Under the pieces are notes generated by a model. It was not told where the DNA came from, searched no databases, and worked only from the letters and a program-made list of their open reading frames with translations. Position numbers and translations under genes: made by a program. This document shows, piece after piece, positions 34,753-49,200 of a stretch of DNA of 64,000 nucleotides. The stretch is from Rhina ancylostomus (lineage: Eukaryota): contig JARFYF010000017.1 of assembly GCA_030265395.1 (NCBI GenBank), positions 36,393,559 to 36,457,558 of the forward strand. The letters run 5' to 3'. Positions within the stretch are counted from its first letter, which is position 1; every line of letters begins with the position of its first letter.

Positions 34753-37700
34753 GGAATCTCTCAATTCCAGCATATTTTCCTCCTTTCCTCTGCTCTTATT
34801 TATCTCCTTCTATGCATCTCATCCAGCCAGACCAGTTGTGACTAACAAGCCTTCACACACTCTCAGCTACCACTACTGAAGATATTTTCTTGTTTTTCTA
34901 AAGCATGATCCTACAGGTACTTCCGGGTTTCACTCCTGTCTAATTGGCCCATTTATATTACACAACAGAATTGATAAACAGAATTTCCTTTGAATAAAGT
35001 TGTATTTCGAATTCTAGTCATTCTAGACTAGACTTTTCTGGCTGTTCAGAGGTTAAGCTGCTGTCCTGTGGCCTGAGGCAAGACCATTGCATAAACAGAT
35101 CACACATCCTGAGGGTGTGATGGCTTAAAAATCCAGAAAAGTGGATATTTCCATGTTATCTAAATCACTCTACTTAATTGCCATGATGGATTAAGTCCAA
35201 AGACAACAATAATGTAAAAATTTATACACAATTGCACCTGTCCAAACAAGTAGAATCCTGAAACAAAATAGCTATAACACAAATATTATCATTTACTATT
35301 TTCATTATTTAAATTTGTTCTTGTATTAAATTTTGTACTTGAAGAGCCCATGCACTCTCACATTATAAAAGGTTTTTGTATTGCTGCAGATTTGAGACCA
35401 GTATCTGGATCATGTAGTTACTAACAACGGGTATACAGTAATAGCAATAGCTGATGTAATCATAACTTCAAAATGTTGTACTCCAGAGTCTCCTCTTCAG
35501 CTGTTTCTCTGCTTTTTGATGTGCAAGATCTGAAGCAATAACTGAAATTAAATCTAAGGCTGTAGCACTGAAGAAATTAAAGAACTCTTTGACCTTGCGC
35601 ATCTATATTATGCTCTAGACCACATAATATAACCAAGTAAGGTTACTCAACCATCTAATTTTATGAGATCATGTGATGACAATTCAAATTTTTCTTGATT
35701 TTTTAAAAATCTATTCCGTGTATTGATAACTCAAAACTTGCATTCAATGTCCAATTCTGACCTTGTGCAGCTCACTTCTAGTCAGTGTGCCATTGGTAGC
35801 CTAGCCCGTGGTTGCCTGGACTCTTAAACCCAGAAGCTGCCACCCAACATCTCCATTTCTCCACCCATCTAGTTTCTCCATTTTTCTTAACTAGGCTGAA
35901 GTTTTAAATCACTCAATTTTTTTTGTATTAATAAAACTGCAAGTAATCAATGTAAAGATTTATGGCAGTCAAATATTAATGTTTCGTATAAGGGAAAGGG
36001 AGAAAAACATCAATGACATTTAACGTTGAAGAAATGGTGATTCATAGAACAGGAAACATGAAATTTGTGCATAGTGATATGTATCCATTGGAAAAGGTGG
36101 AAAAGTAGATGCATGATTATATAAAAATATAAACTTATGAGAAAGCTTTATGCAATTTGTGAACTAGCCACGTAAAGTCATAGCTTGCCACCGGGTATAT
36201 TACCTGTGCAATTTATTGGTTAGCTTATACTAGCAATGTACATATTTAAAAAGGAATTACAAAAAAGGATTAGTTGAAACAATATTGGATGTGGAACTTT
36301 AGTTCCATTGACATCTTGAGAAATAGTTTTAGAGGCTGTAAACAAAACAGGGCACAGATTTATGGATTCTTTTCTAGAGCTGATGCCATTGTCAGGTCTA
36401 TGCAAAAAAGCACAACTTTGAGCAGAAGAATGTTGTGAATCAGGTTGACTGAAATTTGGTCGAGATTGTAACTTCTTTCCAGATGAGTTTCTCAGAAATT
36501 GTACGATAAAAAATAAAGTATCGATCCCTGACATCAACATTTTCCCCTGTGAGCCAGAGGCACAATTTACATGTTCAGTAGGCTAAATAAAATTGAGCTG
36601 GGATACGATCCTGGCCTTTAAGATTCTGAAGAGATGCGTACAAGAAGTTTTAGACTAATGTTGCTAGTTTTGAATTCCAGTTCCTATATGCACAAGCCTC
36701 AAATGTGATATGAGATTAGAATGTTTTGCTTTTCTCCTTACTAATTTGTTTTGTAGCATTGCCATTTAAGTTTTGACACGATGCGTGAGATGTTCAGCAC
36801 CCAATCCAACCTCTCCCCTTCAGGCACTATGTAAGTAAGTTATATGATTTAACAAATTAGCTAATTGGAGCTTCTTGTATTTGTCAGGCTTCAGCCCAGA
36901 AGACCCCTTTCTATAAAGTCTTCTAAAAATCTTTTTTTCTAACAAGTGTGATGCTTCTGAATGTGATCTCTGGAGTTCAGTGAAAGAATGCTAAATGTGA
37001 CTTGAAAATAATCATCTGGAACACGGTTGTGAATAGTATCATTGTACTTTGTAAGGAAGTTGTTAAATAACCCCAGATCAATTGTTTAATTATGAATTGG
37101 TGAGGGAAAATTGACCAAGCACTTATAAGTATCTGACTCCAGGCAAGGGCAAGACTTATATAAATCAATACAGATAGCGGATCAAAAAATTTGAATATAA
37201 AAGGTTTAAGAAGAAGTTAGGCTTGGCTGATTAATAACTTTACAGAACAACATGGTCCCATTTCTCTGTAGCGTAATAAGCCAGGAATAAATAATATTAT
37301 GCTCAATTTAGGAACTGGTTAAAAATTTCAGTGGCTTCTCTTCAAGTCCTTTTTACCCCCTATCGTTTTACTGTTATTTATCCATTCCTAAAATTGTAGC
37401 AGCATAAAACATGGATGGACGTTAAGGATAAATACAGTTGTGTCTTGCCCTAATAAAGATCAAACTTTTTATGTTTTGATAACAACTTTATATAACCCCA
37501 TAAAATAGTTCATCCTGCAATTAAAATTGAGCGGAGTATGTCCTCCAATTACCTGTGTGAACATTGATGAATGGAGATATTCATAAATAATAATGAAAAG
37601 CAAACAGGAATGCTTCAAATCAAAAGCAGAAAATATTGGAATTGGATGTTATGTTTGTGAGAAGAGGTGGCTGAATGTTTTGACAACGGTCCTGATGCAG

Positions 37701-38061
37701 AATCCCTGCTGAAATGCTAAACTGAGGCTGACCAATCTGCTGATTGCTTCAAGCAATATTTACTTTTGTTCATGATATGTCTGGATTTGCTTTTCATCCT
37801 CACAAGCTAGTGTTTCAATAAAAGCAATCATGAACTTGGATCTAGGAGTTTTGGTCCATGTACCATGTATTTCAATATCTTAGCTAAGGGAACAGTCAAC
37901 TGCCAAAAGAAAGATTATCTGTCGAATGGTACAATACTTGATCATTGTTGGTTTTGATTGGTTGCTTATAAATATTTGTAATTTCAAACCTCCACGCTGG
38001 GTATTGTCCTGAACTTGGATATTACTTTCTGGCATTCTAAATATTTGTGGGATAAGTAATC

Positions 38062-39650
38062 TCCTGTGTCTGTTCCCCTTGAAAACAAGTATACCATTTT
38101 GGATACTGTTGATGCGGATGACTGTTCAGGAGAAAGCGGCAGCTAGATCTGTGGCACCAGGACTGTCTCTGAGGCTCCGCAGGTAAGGGCAAAGGCAAAA
38201 TGGACTATAGTGACAGCAGACCCAATAGTTAAGAGGGCAGACAGCAGATCTGTGGCCACAAAAGGGATTCCAGAACGATGTGTTGCCTCCCCGGTACCAG
38301 GGTTGAGGTCTGAGCAGCTGCAGAACATTCCTGAGGGGGAGGGCAAGAAGCCAGAGTCATTGTGTACGTTGGCACAAATGATACAGGTAGAAAAAGGGAT
38401 GAGGTCCTGCGGGGTGAATACAGGGAGTTAGGAAAGAGGTTAAAAAGCAGGACCGAGGTCACCTTTGGATTATGCCAAGTGCTGGTGAGGGTAAGAATAG
38501 AAGGATATGGCAGATGAATGCATGGCTGACGAGTAGGTGCAGGGGGCAGTGTCACAGTTTTTTGGACCATTTGGATCTCTTCTGGTCAGGAGGTGACCNN
38601 NNNNNNNNAGACGGGTTGCACCTGAACTGGTGGGGGATTGATATCCTGGTGGGCAGATTTGCTAGTGCGACTGAGAGGGTTTAAAACTAGATTGGCAGGA
38701 GGGTGGGATCCAAAGGAGCAGTGAGGCAGATGGGAGGCTGGAAGTTGATATGAAATTCAATGACTGTAAGGTGTCAGTAGACAAGACAGGCAACACCTTG
38801 GCAGGGAGCGAGGAAAGACTGTTGGATTAAATTGCATTTATTTCAATACAAAAGGCCTGACAGGCAAGGTTGATGAACTCAGCATAGATAGCTGCATTGG
38901 ACTGGGTTATTACAGCCATTACGAAACATGACTGAGGGAGGGATAGAATTGGCAACTTAATGTTCCAGGGTACAGGTGCTTTAGGCGGGATAGAGGTGGA
39001 GGAAAGAGAGGAGGGGGAGTTGCATCTCTGATCAAGGAGAACATCACGGAAGTAGTCCAAAATGAAATTACTGAGGGATCATCCAGTGAGGCTTTAAGGG
39101 TGGAGCTCAATAAGAAGGGGATGATCACCTTGTTGGAGGAACAAATATACAGGGAGATGGCAGGAAGTTGCAAGAATAAAAGGGTTGTCATAGTAGGGGG
39201 GATTTTAACTTCCCTTGTGTAGACTGGGACTGCCATACTGTTAAGGCTTAGATGGGGTGGAATTTAAGTGTGTTCAGGAAAGTTTCCTCAGGCAATATAT
39301 AGAAGGCCCTACTAGGGAGAGGGCAAAGCTTGATCTTCCCTTGGGAAATAGGACAGGACAAATGACTGAGATGTCAGTGGGGAGCACTTTGGGACCAGTG
39401 ACAATAGTTCTATTAGTTTTAATTATCTGAGGAAAGGGGCAGATCTGGTCCACGAATTAAGTTCTAAATTGGGCCAAGGCAAATTTTGACAAGAACTTGC
39501 AAAGGTTGATTGGAGTAGTCAGTAGGCAAAGGGACTTCTGGCAAGTGGGAGGCTTTTAAAAGTGAGATAGTGAGAGTTCAAGGTCTGCATGCTCTTGTTA
39601 GAGTGAAGGACGAGGTTGGCAGGAGTCGGGAATCCCAAATGACAAGGAAT
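38062..39650 (+). mobile_element. CR1 LINE: ORF1 esterase (SGNH-like) and ORF2 APE endonuclease, decayed
   Basis: DGLHLNWWGIDILVGRFA (ORF1 esterase end), then LNCIYFNTKGLTGKVDEL, AITKH, RRDRGGGKRGGGVASLI and VIVG.DFNFP (endonuclease motifs). Confidence 0.9.
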
Positions 39651-39905
39651 CTACCTTGTTGTGCCCCCTTAGCATCTTGTATGTTTCATTAAAATCACCC
39701 CTCATTCTTCTAAACTCCAAAGAATACAGTCTCCAACCTGTTTAGCCTTTCTTGTTAGGACAGCCATTTCATCCCAGGAGTTAGCCTTGTGAATCCCCTT
39801 TGGTCTGCCTCCAATGTTACCATAGCTTTTTTGTAATTTAAGGCGACCAAAACTGTACGTCATACTCCAGGTGTGGTCTCACCAACACCCTGTACAATTG
39901 TAATT
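39651..39905 (-). mobile_element. CR1 LINE RT C-terminal fragment
   Basis: The reverse complement encodes VLVRPHLEYDVQFWSP and GDCILWSL/LEFRRMRGDF-like segments (ATCACCCCTCATTCTTCTAAACTCCA). Confidence 0.8.
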
Positions 39906-41779
39906 AAACTTACCACTTTCTAAAATCCAGCAAGTTTAAAAAGTTAGGAAGGGGAGTGTAACTGGTGCTATCTAAAGTGGACAAATGGTTTGAATTTATT
40001 TTTCATGCCACACCAGTTTATGATTAAGCAGGCTAATCAAGCCGATCCAGAGTTAGCTGTGTCGATGCAAAAGAAGGTAATGCCATTACAGAGTGTAATA
40101 TTTTTTACATACTGCTCAAAAAATGCAAATATTTGCAGACACATTTACACCAAAACATGAAAACCTAGTCATTGCAGTAATAAAAACTGCCTAATGCTTT
40201 ACATTATTACACTACGATAATTGCAAATACTATAAAATAAATAAATTTATAAATGCAAGTTGACTATCATGGATAATCAGTAAGCTTCTCCACCCCATTC
40301 CAAAACTTGCACAAGTCTAGATGCTAATCAGCGATGGTATTAAATCAAGTGCTTGGGGATTTTCCCCATTGCTTCTTACTGCCTCGACCATGCATTTTAA
40401 GAATATCATGTAACTAAAAATATTTCAAACATTTTCTTTAAAAACATAATGGCTCTTTTTCCTATTTATGTATTTTTTAGGTCCCTGTTGTTGTCACATT
40501 CTACGCACTTCCTCCTTTGGTTAACTCTTGTGACTTGCTGTCATATTTGTTCCTTCAAAGTCTGTGAAACAATTTGGGCCAAAGTAATTTCTACAGCTGC
40601 TTTTAATAGCAAGTTATGTCAGCTGGGACTGGTGCAAGCAAGTTTTCCACCAGAAGTATCAATGAACTAACATAAGTGACAGTTTAAATACTGCAAGGTG
40701 AATTCAAACATACTATACATTAACCTGAAGATTTAACTAAAAAAATGTGACTGGCTGTAATCATCCTAATCTGAACTTCAATGGATTTCTTTTTGTATAG
40801 AGGTTTTAGTGCACAATTCCTGAAGTTGAGATGTAACTGAATAGAAGAGGGTGTAGAAATAAAGTTGAACTTCGTTATGATTGGTTGGCAGACAATTTTC
40901 TCAGTTTGCTGTTCACTGCTGCATTAGGAAGGTAACCGAAACTCTACACATAAGAGAATACTTCATCTACTATTTCCTTCAGAACAAGAACAAACACAGC
41001 AATTTGTAACCATTACAGGCTTTCTCAATGTGCATGCACTTGTACACTGTGTTCATTGTTATATTCCTCACAGTGACCTCCCTGCCAGTAGCACCTCGCT
41101 GGAGCCCTGGAGAGGTTCCATGGCCCTCTTACATTAAGAGCATGCCTTCTGCATTTAGTGTATATCAACAATCTATCCAGCTACCTCTAACCCCCTTGGA
41201 GCACCATTCCTTCTCCCTTCAGTGCAGCACCCATTCTCGAAGCAGCAGAAATCCCCAGTAGCTAGAAGAATGATGTTTGTTTTTTGATATGTCCCTTTCA
41301 GAGCTGACTGCAGAGGTAGCAAATGCCAGGTAAAATATTGGCATCTACCAAATCCTGCAACAGATCACCAGAGTTGTCAGCTCTCAAACTGATAGTTGGA
41401 AACCTGCCATCGTTGTTTCGGGAATCTTGTAATTAAAAGGTCATCACCTATATTGGATTTCTAAAAAGTATTAGTCTGGCAGACAATGCTAACATCTCAC
41501 TTACCAGAGAAGGGATACGAGCAGCCAGCTCTAAAGAAACCAGAGGAGTTTCACCAACTAAGTGCTCTAGAAAATGAGTCAAGATTTGCCCAGGGATAAA
41601 CATATGGGTTTCGCACCATGTTAGTATGTTAAGCTTTAATTCCTTAACTTTACATAAAAATTATTTGTTGACAGTGCCTTTTGGTCTGTAACATTTTTAG
41701 TGTTTGATTAGATTAGTGGATGACTGGAGCTTAAGAAAGTCTCAATGACAAGGGCATTGCCGGCAGCAATGTGCACCCT

Positions 41780-42700
41780 GCTCTTGCATTGCCTGCATTC
41801 CTTCATCCAAGGATTCCCTGTTCGCTGCAGATGAGCATCCCCGATCAATGCTACAGTGTAATGTTAAAGAAAGTATATCACACCAAGAGCATGTTGGAGA
41901 CTGACCAGTGATTATTCAAGGGCTCCTTCCAATCTATCCACACACTTGAAGAACATTATGCTTGCCAATGGCTAGCTCAGTGGGATTTCCTGTTGACAGG
42001 TGCCTATAGTTATATCACTCCTGGAACTCAAATGTCAAGTTCCTTAGTGTGTCAAGACACAGTCTGAGTAGGTGTCTTTTGTCTCCAAGCAGCCTATCGG
42101 TGGGTTTGGGGTCATCAAGAAGTCAGGGATTGCAGCATAAAAGCACGGCAGATTCCCAGGATGTGTGCATGACTACAGAATTATAGTCTTAGTCGCACAT
42201 GCCAGCTGCACGTTGATGTCATTCGTGATATAGTTCATGAGCACTCGTGGGTGATCCAGAGATGACTTGCTCACCAGGTGTGCAGTCAGTGACTATGCAC
42301 CTACGGACAACCAGCAAGATCCATAAACACAAGCACCAGCTCACCCCCATCGGCCTCATTGCTAGAAAAGTTGACAAGATAAGATGTACTGGAAAAGATC
42401 AGCCAGTTGCCTGCTGCAGCTTGAGTGGCTGAGTGAGACATCCATCACATACCTCTCGCAGAAACTTGGAAGGATTCCCAAGAAAAAGCAGCCAAGTGTT
42501 AAAGCAACTTTGATGGCTGCTGGTAGAGACTGGATGTCCAGGTATGAGAGCTGATGCATTAACCAGCATCTCTCGGATACTGATATGAAGAAAATTCTTC
42601 CTCTGCCTGTACTCTCCAATGTGGTTAGTGTGGCCTCCTGCAAGACTCATCTGTCTGCTATCCCCTCTTTTTAGTGCAGTCACAAGCTGGCCTCTGTTCC
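41780..42700 (-). mobile_element. PIF/Harbinger transposase relic
   Basis: Minus-strand fragments LAGCP*V, VTDCT, INVQLAC, HPGN and LLGDKRH occur in the order expected for HARBI1-type GFP.V.GAIDCTH / NVQLVCD / PGS.HD / LLGDKGY. Confidence 0.7.
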
Positions 42701-43289
42701 TGTGGATCTTGCTATTGTTCACAGTGATGTCCTCTGGCCACCACACTACCAAAGCATTAGCAGCACCCATGGCAACATGACAGTGTAGTTAAAAAGTTTG
42801 TACCTCCAAAGTCTGAAAGTGAACAACACTTTTCACAAAGTTAGCTTAAACTTCCTTCAACATTTGCTATCACAATTTCAGTGCGGGAAAAAAGCAGCCA
42901 CTTGAATAGAACTGCGGAATTCATTGCCACATTTATCTGTTAACCCTTCAGCTCTCATCCTCAGCTGCTGCACTCTTGGTTTCACTGGTGAGTTCCAAGC
43001 AGCTCAGGAAACCACTGATGACTAAGCAAGAAACTCCTGTCGAAATTGCTCTTAATGAGCAATTATTCAAATCACCAACCTGCTCTCACTAGGGCGTTTC
43101 CCGTCTATCCTTGTGTTAAAATGTAAGTTAATGTTAAGTTTCTGATGCACCAATATGTCTTGACACATTTAACCCTCCAAAGTACATCTGCACATTAGAG
43201 ATAGGACTCATCCTCATATCGAGTATTTCCAGAATGACAGAACTTAGTAATGCTAAATGTGAACAGATTTATTTTTGATCTTCATGTAA

Positions 43290-43660
43290 ACATTGAAAGG
43301 CAGTCTGTCAGAAGACGAGAGAGAATAAGTTGCTGGAAGTATATCTGAAGAGGAAATTTGAGCTTTTGCACATGAGTAAGGTTCCAAAGCTGGTATGAAT
43401 AAGTAGAGATGAGAGAGGCTGTAGTGGAGGATGGAAAGTCTGAGATGGAAAAATGCACATGAACATTAACATAGAGTAGAATATTGAGGCTGAACAAGGC
43501 AAGAACATGAAGGAATTTGAAGCCAAGGAACATAACATTTAAGGGGGAAAGAGGAATTAATGAAGTTTGAAGATCAACACCACAAACACCAATATTTAGG
43601 TAAAGACATTGAGCATGTTATTTGAGATAGATGGGAAACCAGGAGGCCTGTAAAAAATTT
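43290..43660 (-). mobile_element. Possible decayed L2 LINE fragment
   Basis: Purine-rich degenerate tract with weak L2-like character. Confidence 0.3.
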
Positions 43661-44549
43661 GGAGAAAACTGAATCTGAGGGGAGGGAGGGAGAGGGAGAG
43701 GGAGAATTAATATATAGTTGCTGATCATTAACTACCCAAGTGCCTCTTGTGCTTTATGACATAATCTGAATGAAATTTCCCATTGCTATTTGTAATTGCT
43801 CTGTTCAACATCAGTCCTGCTAGTTGGTTATAAAAATATTTAACTGCTTTTGAAAAATGCCTGCATGTCAATTCAAATAACCTTTTGAAAAATGTAATAA
43901 GCTGATATGGCTACTGTCGGAAAACAATTAGAACATTGGTCTCAACACTGCATGAACACTATTAAGGTCATATTTTGAATATTGTTCAATTTGTTTGATT
44001 TGTTCTGAGCAAGAAGTATTCAATTACTCTTCAAGTTGCTGAAGTGATGAGATCAATGGTTTGTAGTCAAAATATTGCATTGAACAAAGCTCCAAAGGTG
44101 GGGAATTTGTTGTCAATCATAAAAAGTAGTGATTCACCAACAGACACGCACTAGGCTAAATGCACTGTTATAATGAGTGTGGCTACTGTCTTGTCCCACT
44201 TAATAAATATAATCTATTGTTTTCAAAAATATATCCTCTTCTGATAAATGTGTGTTAGGAATGGAAGATTTTAATCCTGCATCTAATACAAAAACTTATC
44301 TACTTTCTGAACTAACTATGGTGAGGACTTTTATCATCCCAATCTAAAATGGAGGTCAGGAAATGAGTTGGCTGTGAAAAGTCAGACAGTGAGCCATGAG
44401 ATAGAGGTTCTGCTCAAGGTACTAGTCAAATTGTATATGGTCATAGCATCAAAAGATATGAGTGATCTACGTGAAATAAGAGTGCTTGCTTGTAAATTTA
44501 TTCTATGCACACCTCACTGTGTCTTTGATTGTGGTGTGATGTCAGCTTC

Positions 44550-44900
44550 GTCCCAATGGTCACCGGAAAAGGAGGTCTGACATTTCTTGATTCTCATTGA
44601 CGCGTATGAAATTCTTGGAGACTTTGGAAAGTTGAGGGTGGAAGTTCTGAATCTAGCAATCATAGTGTTGGGATAAAGTGGTGGCCATTTCAAATAGAAT
44701 GAGGAAATATTTACTCATGATCTGAATCACCTGAGGTATTAATCAAAGGATTCTATGGATGCTCAGATGATAATGATTGGGCACTCAGTGAATCAAGGGA
44801 TATCTTGGCTTTGAGGTATAATTTCAGGTGTGGTGCCATCAAGCAATCTCAAAGGTTGTGCAGCTACTGCTGCTCTGAGTTGTGAAGTTTTATCGTTCCT
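44550..44900 (+). mobile_element. CR1 LINE 3' end, heavily decayed
   Basis: TCTCATTGACGCGTATGAAATTCTT…GGCCATTTCAAATAGAATGAGGAAATATT…AATCAAGGGATAT…, in CR1 terminal order. Confidence 0.55.
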
Positions 44901-44911
44901 ATATGCTGAGC

Positions 44912-44956
44912 CAGTCAACTGGTCACACTCAGTCAACCGGTCACACTCAGTCAACC
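44912..44956. repeat. Tandem repeat, 18-bp period, 2.5 copies
   Basis: CAGTCAACYGGTCACACT repeated. Confidence 0.9.
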
Positions 44957-46299
44957 TAAGATGATGCACTGGGAAGTCTACCAAACTCTGATTCCTGCAA
45001 AACTATTGCAGAATATAAGAATGGACAAACATGTACAAGTTTAATTGTACTGCTTGGTGGAATGATAGTCTCATTGTGCCTGACTGGTTCTTTATTCTTT
45101 GAAAATAAAACTAAATTAGCACTAATTAGCCCAGGATAAAAATTATATGGTGTATTATTTTCTATCTTTAGGAGAATGCAGGAGAACATGATGAGCATTC
45201 GTCTAGCCTCCAGTGTGATTCTTTATAATTTGGGAGTAATTAGTTGTCCTGCGTGTACTTATGGAAACACACTGTCACAGAAAGCTGGAACTGCAGGTTG
45301 GATTTATATGCATGTTTGTGTGTGTAGCTGCATTAAAACATAATCATTGTGATGAGCCTGAAATAAATATTAGATGAAATAGAACGTTCAACACAATAGG
45401 GCAGTGCCTTTTAAACTGATTATTTCCAGTAATTATATGTTCAAAGGGAACACATTTGAAAGCTTCTCAACAAAACAAAGAATTAATGCATTAAACTGAA
45501 GGAAAATCTTTGGTTGAATAGAATGAGCAATGGCTGTTTGTGAACACACAGTACATAAATTACTGATATATCATCAGTTATACCTGTTGACATATTAAGT
45601 GCAGGAGTTATATTTAGAAAACTAAAATTGACAATTAAGAGCTTTTGTTCTCTGCCTTTTGTTTGACTTGTTTACACTTACTCATGACCTCCTTAACATT
45701 GGTCTAGATTATACTGACGTACAGCAGCACTGGCCTCGACACTGCTTTGCAGAGCAATACCCCTGTGCATTTCACAGAAGTACAGAATGTGCTGGAGCTT
45801 AGATCCGGGCATATCTGACCTCCCCCCTTTGCCCCTGGACTAAACACCAAACCTCAGTGTGTCCTGTAATGTATTGAACTGAGGGAACTAGACACACTTC
45901 ACCACTGGCCCCTCAGCTTGAGCAAGGGGATCCAGCACAGACCCCATTCACTTGGATAGGCTTATTGACCTTCACTAAGGAGGAGGATTTGTTTTAGACT
46001 TTAATGCTTCTAATTTACATAGGTTAAAATGAATATATTAATATATGCATTTTAAACAGACATTTAGAAACAGCAGAAAAGGCTTTGGGCAGCACGAGCC
46101 GGCAGAGGGCCATCAGGCAGCCTGTCGGCAGTACTTTCACTTTCACTGCCGTGCCCTGGTTGCCACTCACTGACTAGCTCCATCCCACAGTGCTGAAAGT
46201 CTGTGTGCAGCAGCCCTGGACTGTAGAAACAAGTGGGTTAAGGACTTCGGTAAGGTAAAGACAGCAGTGGCAGGGTTAAGTAAGTTGATTAAATATTTT

Positions 46300-49200
46300 A
46301 GGACAGGCATGGTAGGTGAGGTGAGGCGCTGCAGCCAGTGAAGCCGATGGAAACCGTAGCGACCATTTCTGTAATAAGCACTGCAGACTGACGAATTTCA
46401 AATCAGAGTTGATGAGCTTGGCGTCCGAGGTCCAGACACTGAAATTTACCAATGAGATGGAAGATTTCCTGGACACTTAGATTAAGGACCGTAGAACTGG
46501 GCTGCCAAGAGGGATAGGAGGATGTGATAACAAGCAAACTGATATGGGATTTAAAAGATGATACTGGATGAGCCTCAGCGCTTGCACTTGGTCAGAAGGT
46601 GAAAGATTAAACAGCCTGTAGGAAATGTAGAAAATAGGAACAGGAGTGGGCCATTCAGTTCTCCAAACCTGCTCCGCCATTCAATCTGATCCTGGGTATT
46701 CATCCAAATTCAGGAAGGTGTTGCTGCTTTCTCCAAGTATCCCTCAATTGCTTTGGCCATAAAAACTATGTTTAACTCCTCCTTGGTTACAGTTAATGAT
46801 TTGGGTTCAACTGCCTTTCACAGCAGAGAAGTTGTGATGCTTTGGGTTAAAAAATTTCTCCTCATCTCAGTCCTTAAATGGCTTATCCTGTATTCCCTAG
46901 GTCTGGACTTCCCCACCATGTGGAACATCGTTCCTTCATCTAGTCTGTCCAGTCCCGTCAGGATCGTAGAAGTTCCAACAAGATCCCCTCTCATTCTTCT
47001 AAACCCTAGTGAATACAGGCCCAGCTGTTCCAATCTCCCTTCATACATTAGTCCTGCTACCCCAGAAATCAGTCCAATGAACCATCACTGCATTTGCTCC
47101 AAAGCAAGAGCATTCTTCCTCAAATTAAAGGACCAAAACTGCACACAATACTCCAGGTGGTCTCACCAAGGTCCCGTACAATTCTAGCAAGACACCAGTG
47201 CTCTTTCAGTTGAATCCTCTTGCTTTGAAGGCCACCATACCATTTGCCTGTTTCAGCTACATGTTTACTTTCATTGACTGGTGCAGAACCGCACTGTGTA
47301 TCCTGTCTGCCAACCAGTTCTCTATCCACATTACCCCGAATCCCAAGTGCTTTAATTCTGTGTATCTATCTCATATGTGGAACCTTGTCAAGAACCTTCT
47401 GACGAATGAGAGCAGAGACTGCAGAGTGGATGAGCAGATTGACCACAGCACATGGTACAGGAGATATTCAAACTGGGGAGAGATCCTCAGGGAATGTAAA
47501 GAGGGAAACAAGTCCTAAAGACGGTGTTGACTGCCCAGTGCTGGGGTTAAGGACACCTCCTCAGTTTGGGAAGGAATTCGAAGTGCAACAGGAAAGATCC
47601 AGTCGTTGTGGTTCAATTGGGAACCAATGACATGGAGAGGACAAAGGAGGAGGAAGTGCTGTAGGAAGAGGAGCAGCCTGGGTCTAACTGAAAAAGCAGA
47701 GTTGCACATGCAGTAAGCTCTGGATTACAACCTGCACAAATGGACATAGGTCAGTAAGATCAGGGAACTGAACGTGTGGCTTGGCATGGAGGAAGTGGGC
47801 TTTAATTCATGCAGCAATGCCACCTACACTGGGGAAAGAGGGAGCTGTTGTGTTGGGATGGATTTCGCTTGAATCAGGCTGCAACCAGTGTCCTAGTGAA
47901 TTGAATAACTGAGGCTGTGGATTAGATTTTAAATTAAATAGTATAGGTGGTGATGGGGAGTGGCATGAGTGGCTGATGGGTGTTCAGGGGAGGGGAAGGG
48001 TTGAAAAGTTAGAGGAAAACACATTGATGCAAAATAGTAAAGGAGACGGTGCTAATCAGACAGTGGGGGTGGGGGCAAAACAGAGCATATAAGCATGAGA
48101 GTAAAGCTCCAATTACCATCAGAACAGGGAAAATGGTACATTTTAAATGTCAAAACAGAAGACTGTTTACTTGAAAGCACATGGTATTCATAATAAGGTG
48201 GATGAATTAATGGCGCACATGGAAGTAAGTGAGTGTGATCCAAAGGCTGTCATAGGGATGTGATTGCAAGGGAACCAAGACTGGAAATTGAACACTCCAA
48301 CATACATAACGTTTATAAGAGATAGCCAAAATGGAAAAGGAGCCTGGTTAATACCAGGCAGCCCTGATATTAAGGAGCAAGATAAATGCAGCAGAGAGGA
48401 GGGATCTGAACTCGGAAAGAATCAGTTTGGAAGGAGCTGAGCAGCAGCAAGAGGATTGAAATACTGGTGGGAGGTTTATATAATCTCCCAAATTGTACGT
48501 GTAGGGCATAGTTCAAGGCAGAAAATTAAGAGGTACATGTAGCAAGTGTAATAAAATTTAGACTACATACAGACCAAAATACTGTGAATAGCGTGGACAA
48601 TAAATTCCTGGAATGTATAAAAAGACGATTTTCCAGATTAGGATTTTGAGGGAACAGGCTATTTTAGATCTAGTATAGTGTAAGGTGAAAGGGTTAAATA
48701 ATGATCTGTAATTAAAGGGCCCTTATGGAAGAGTGATTATAATGGGATAGAAAATTCATATAACTATTGAAAAAGATTTAGTTCAATCTGAAACTAGGGC
48801 CATAAATCAAACCATTAAAGCATGATGCACAAGTTGGCTGTGGCACTGGAGAAGTTATTTAAGGATTTAACAGTTAACACGCATTGCCCAACCCCAAAAA
48901 AAGCATAGCTTGCAAGCAATCTCTCTCATTTTCAAGCAAATAGAAACAACAATAAAATTCGTCCAGAGTAGCTATCAAGATGGTATTAGATCAAAGGAAA
49001 AGGCTAATAACATTGCTGGAAAATACAGTAAGCCCAAGGATAGGGAACATGTCATAACTCAGCAAAGGAGGAGTAATGCATTGAGAAGGAAAGGGAAGGG
49101 GAAGAGTCGGCTAGCTAGAAACATCACTGCAAATTGTAACATATGTGAAAAAGGAAAAAAATTAGCATAACTTAATGTGACAAGAAAAATTATAATCAGG

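Noticed and set aside
46099-46110. CTCF-like CCGGCAGAGGGC
   Set aside because: A single imperfect match, possibly within a CR1 5' region; unsupported without ChIP data.
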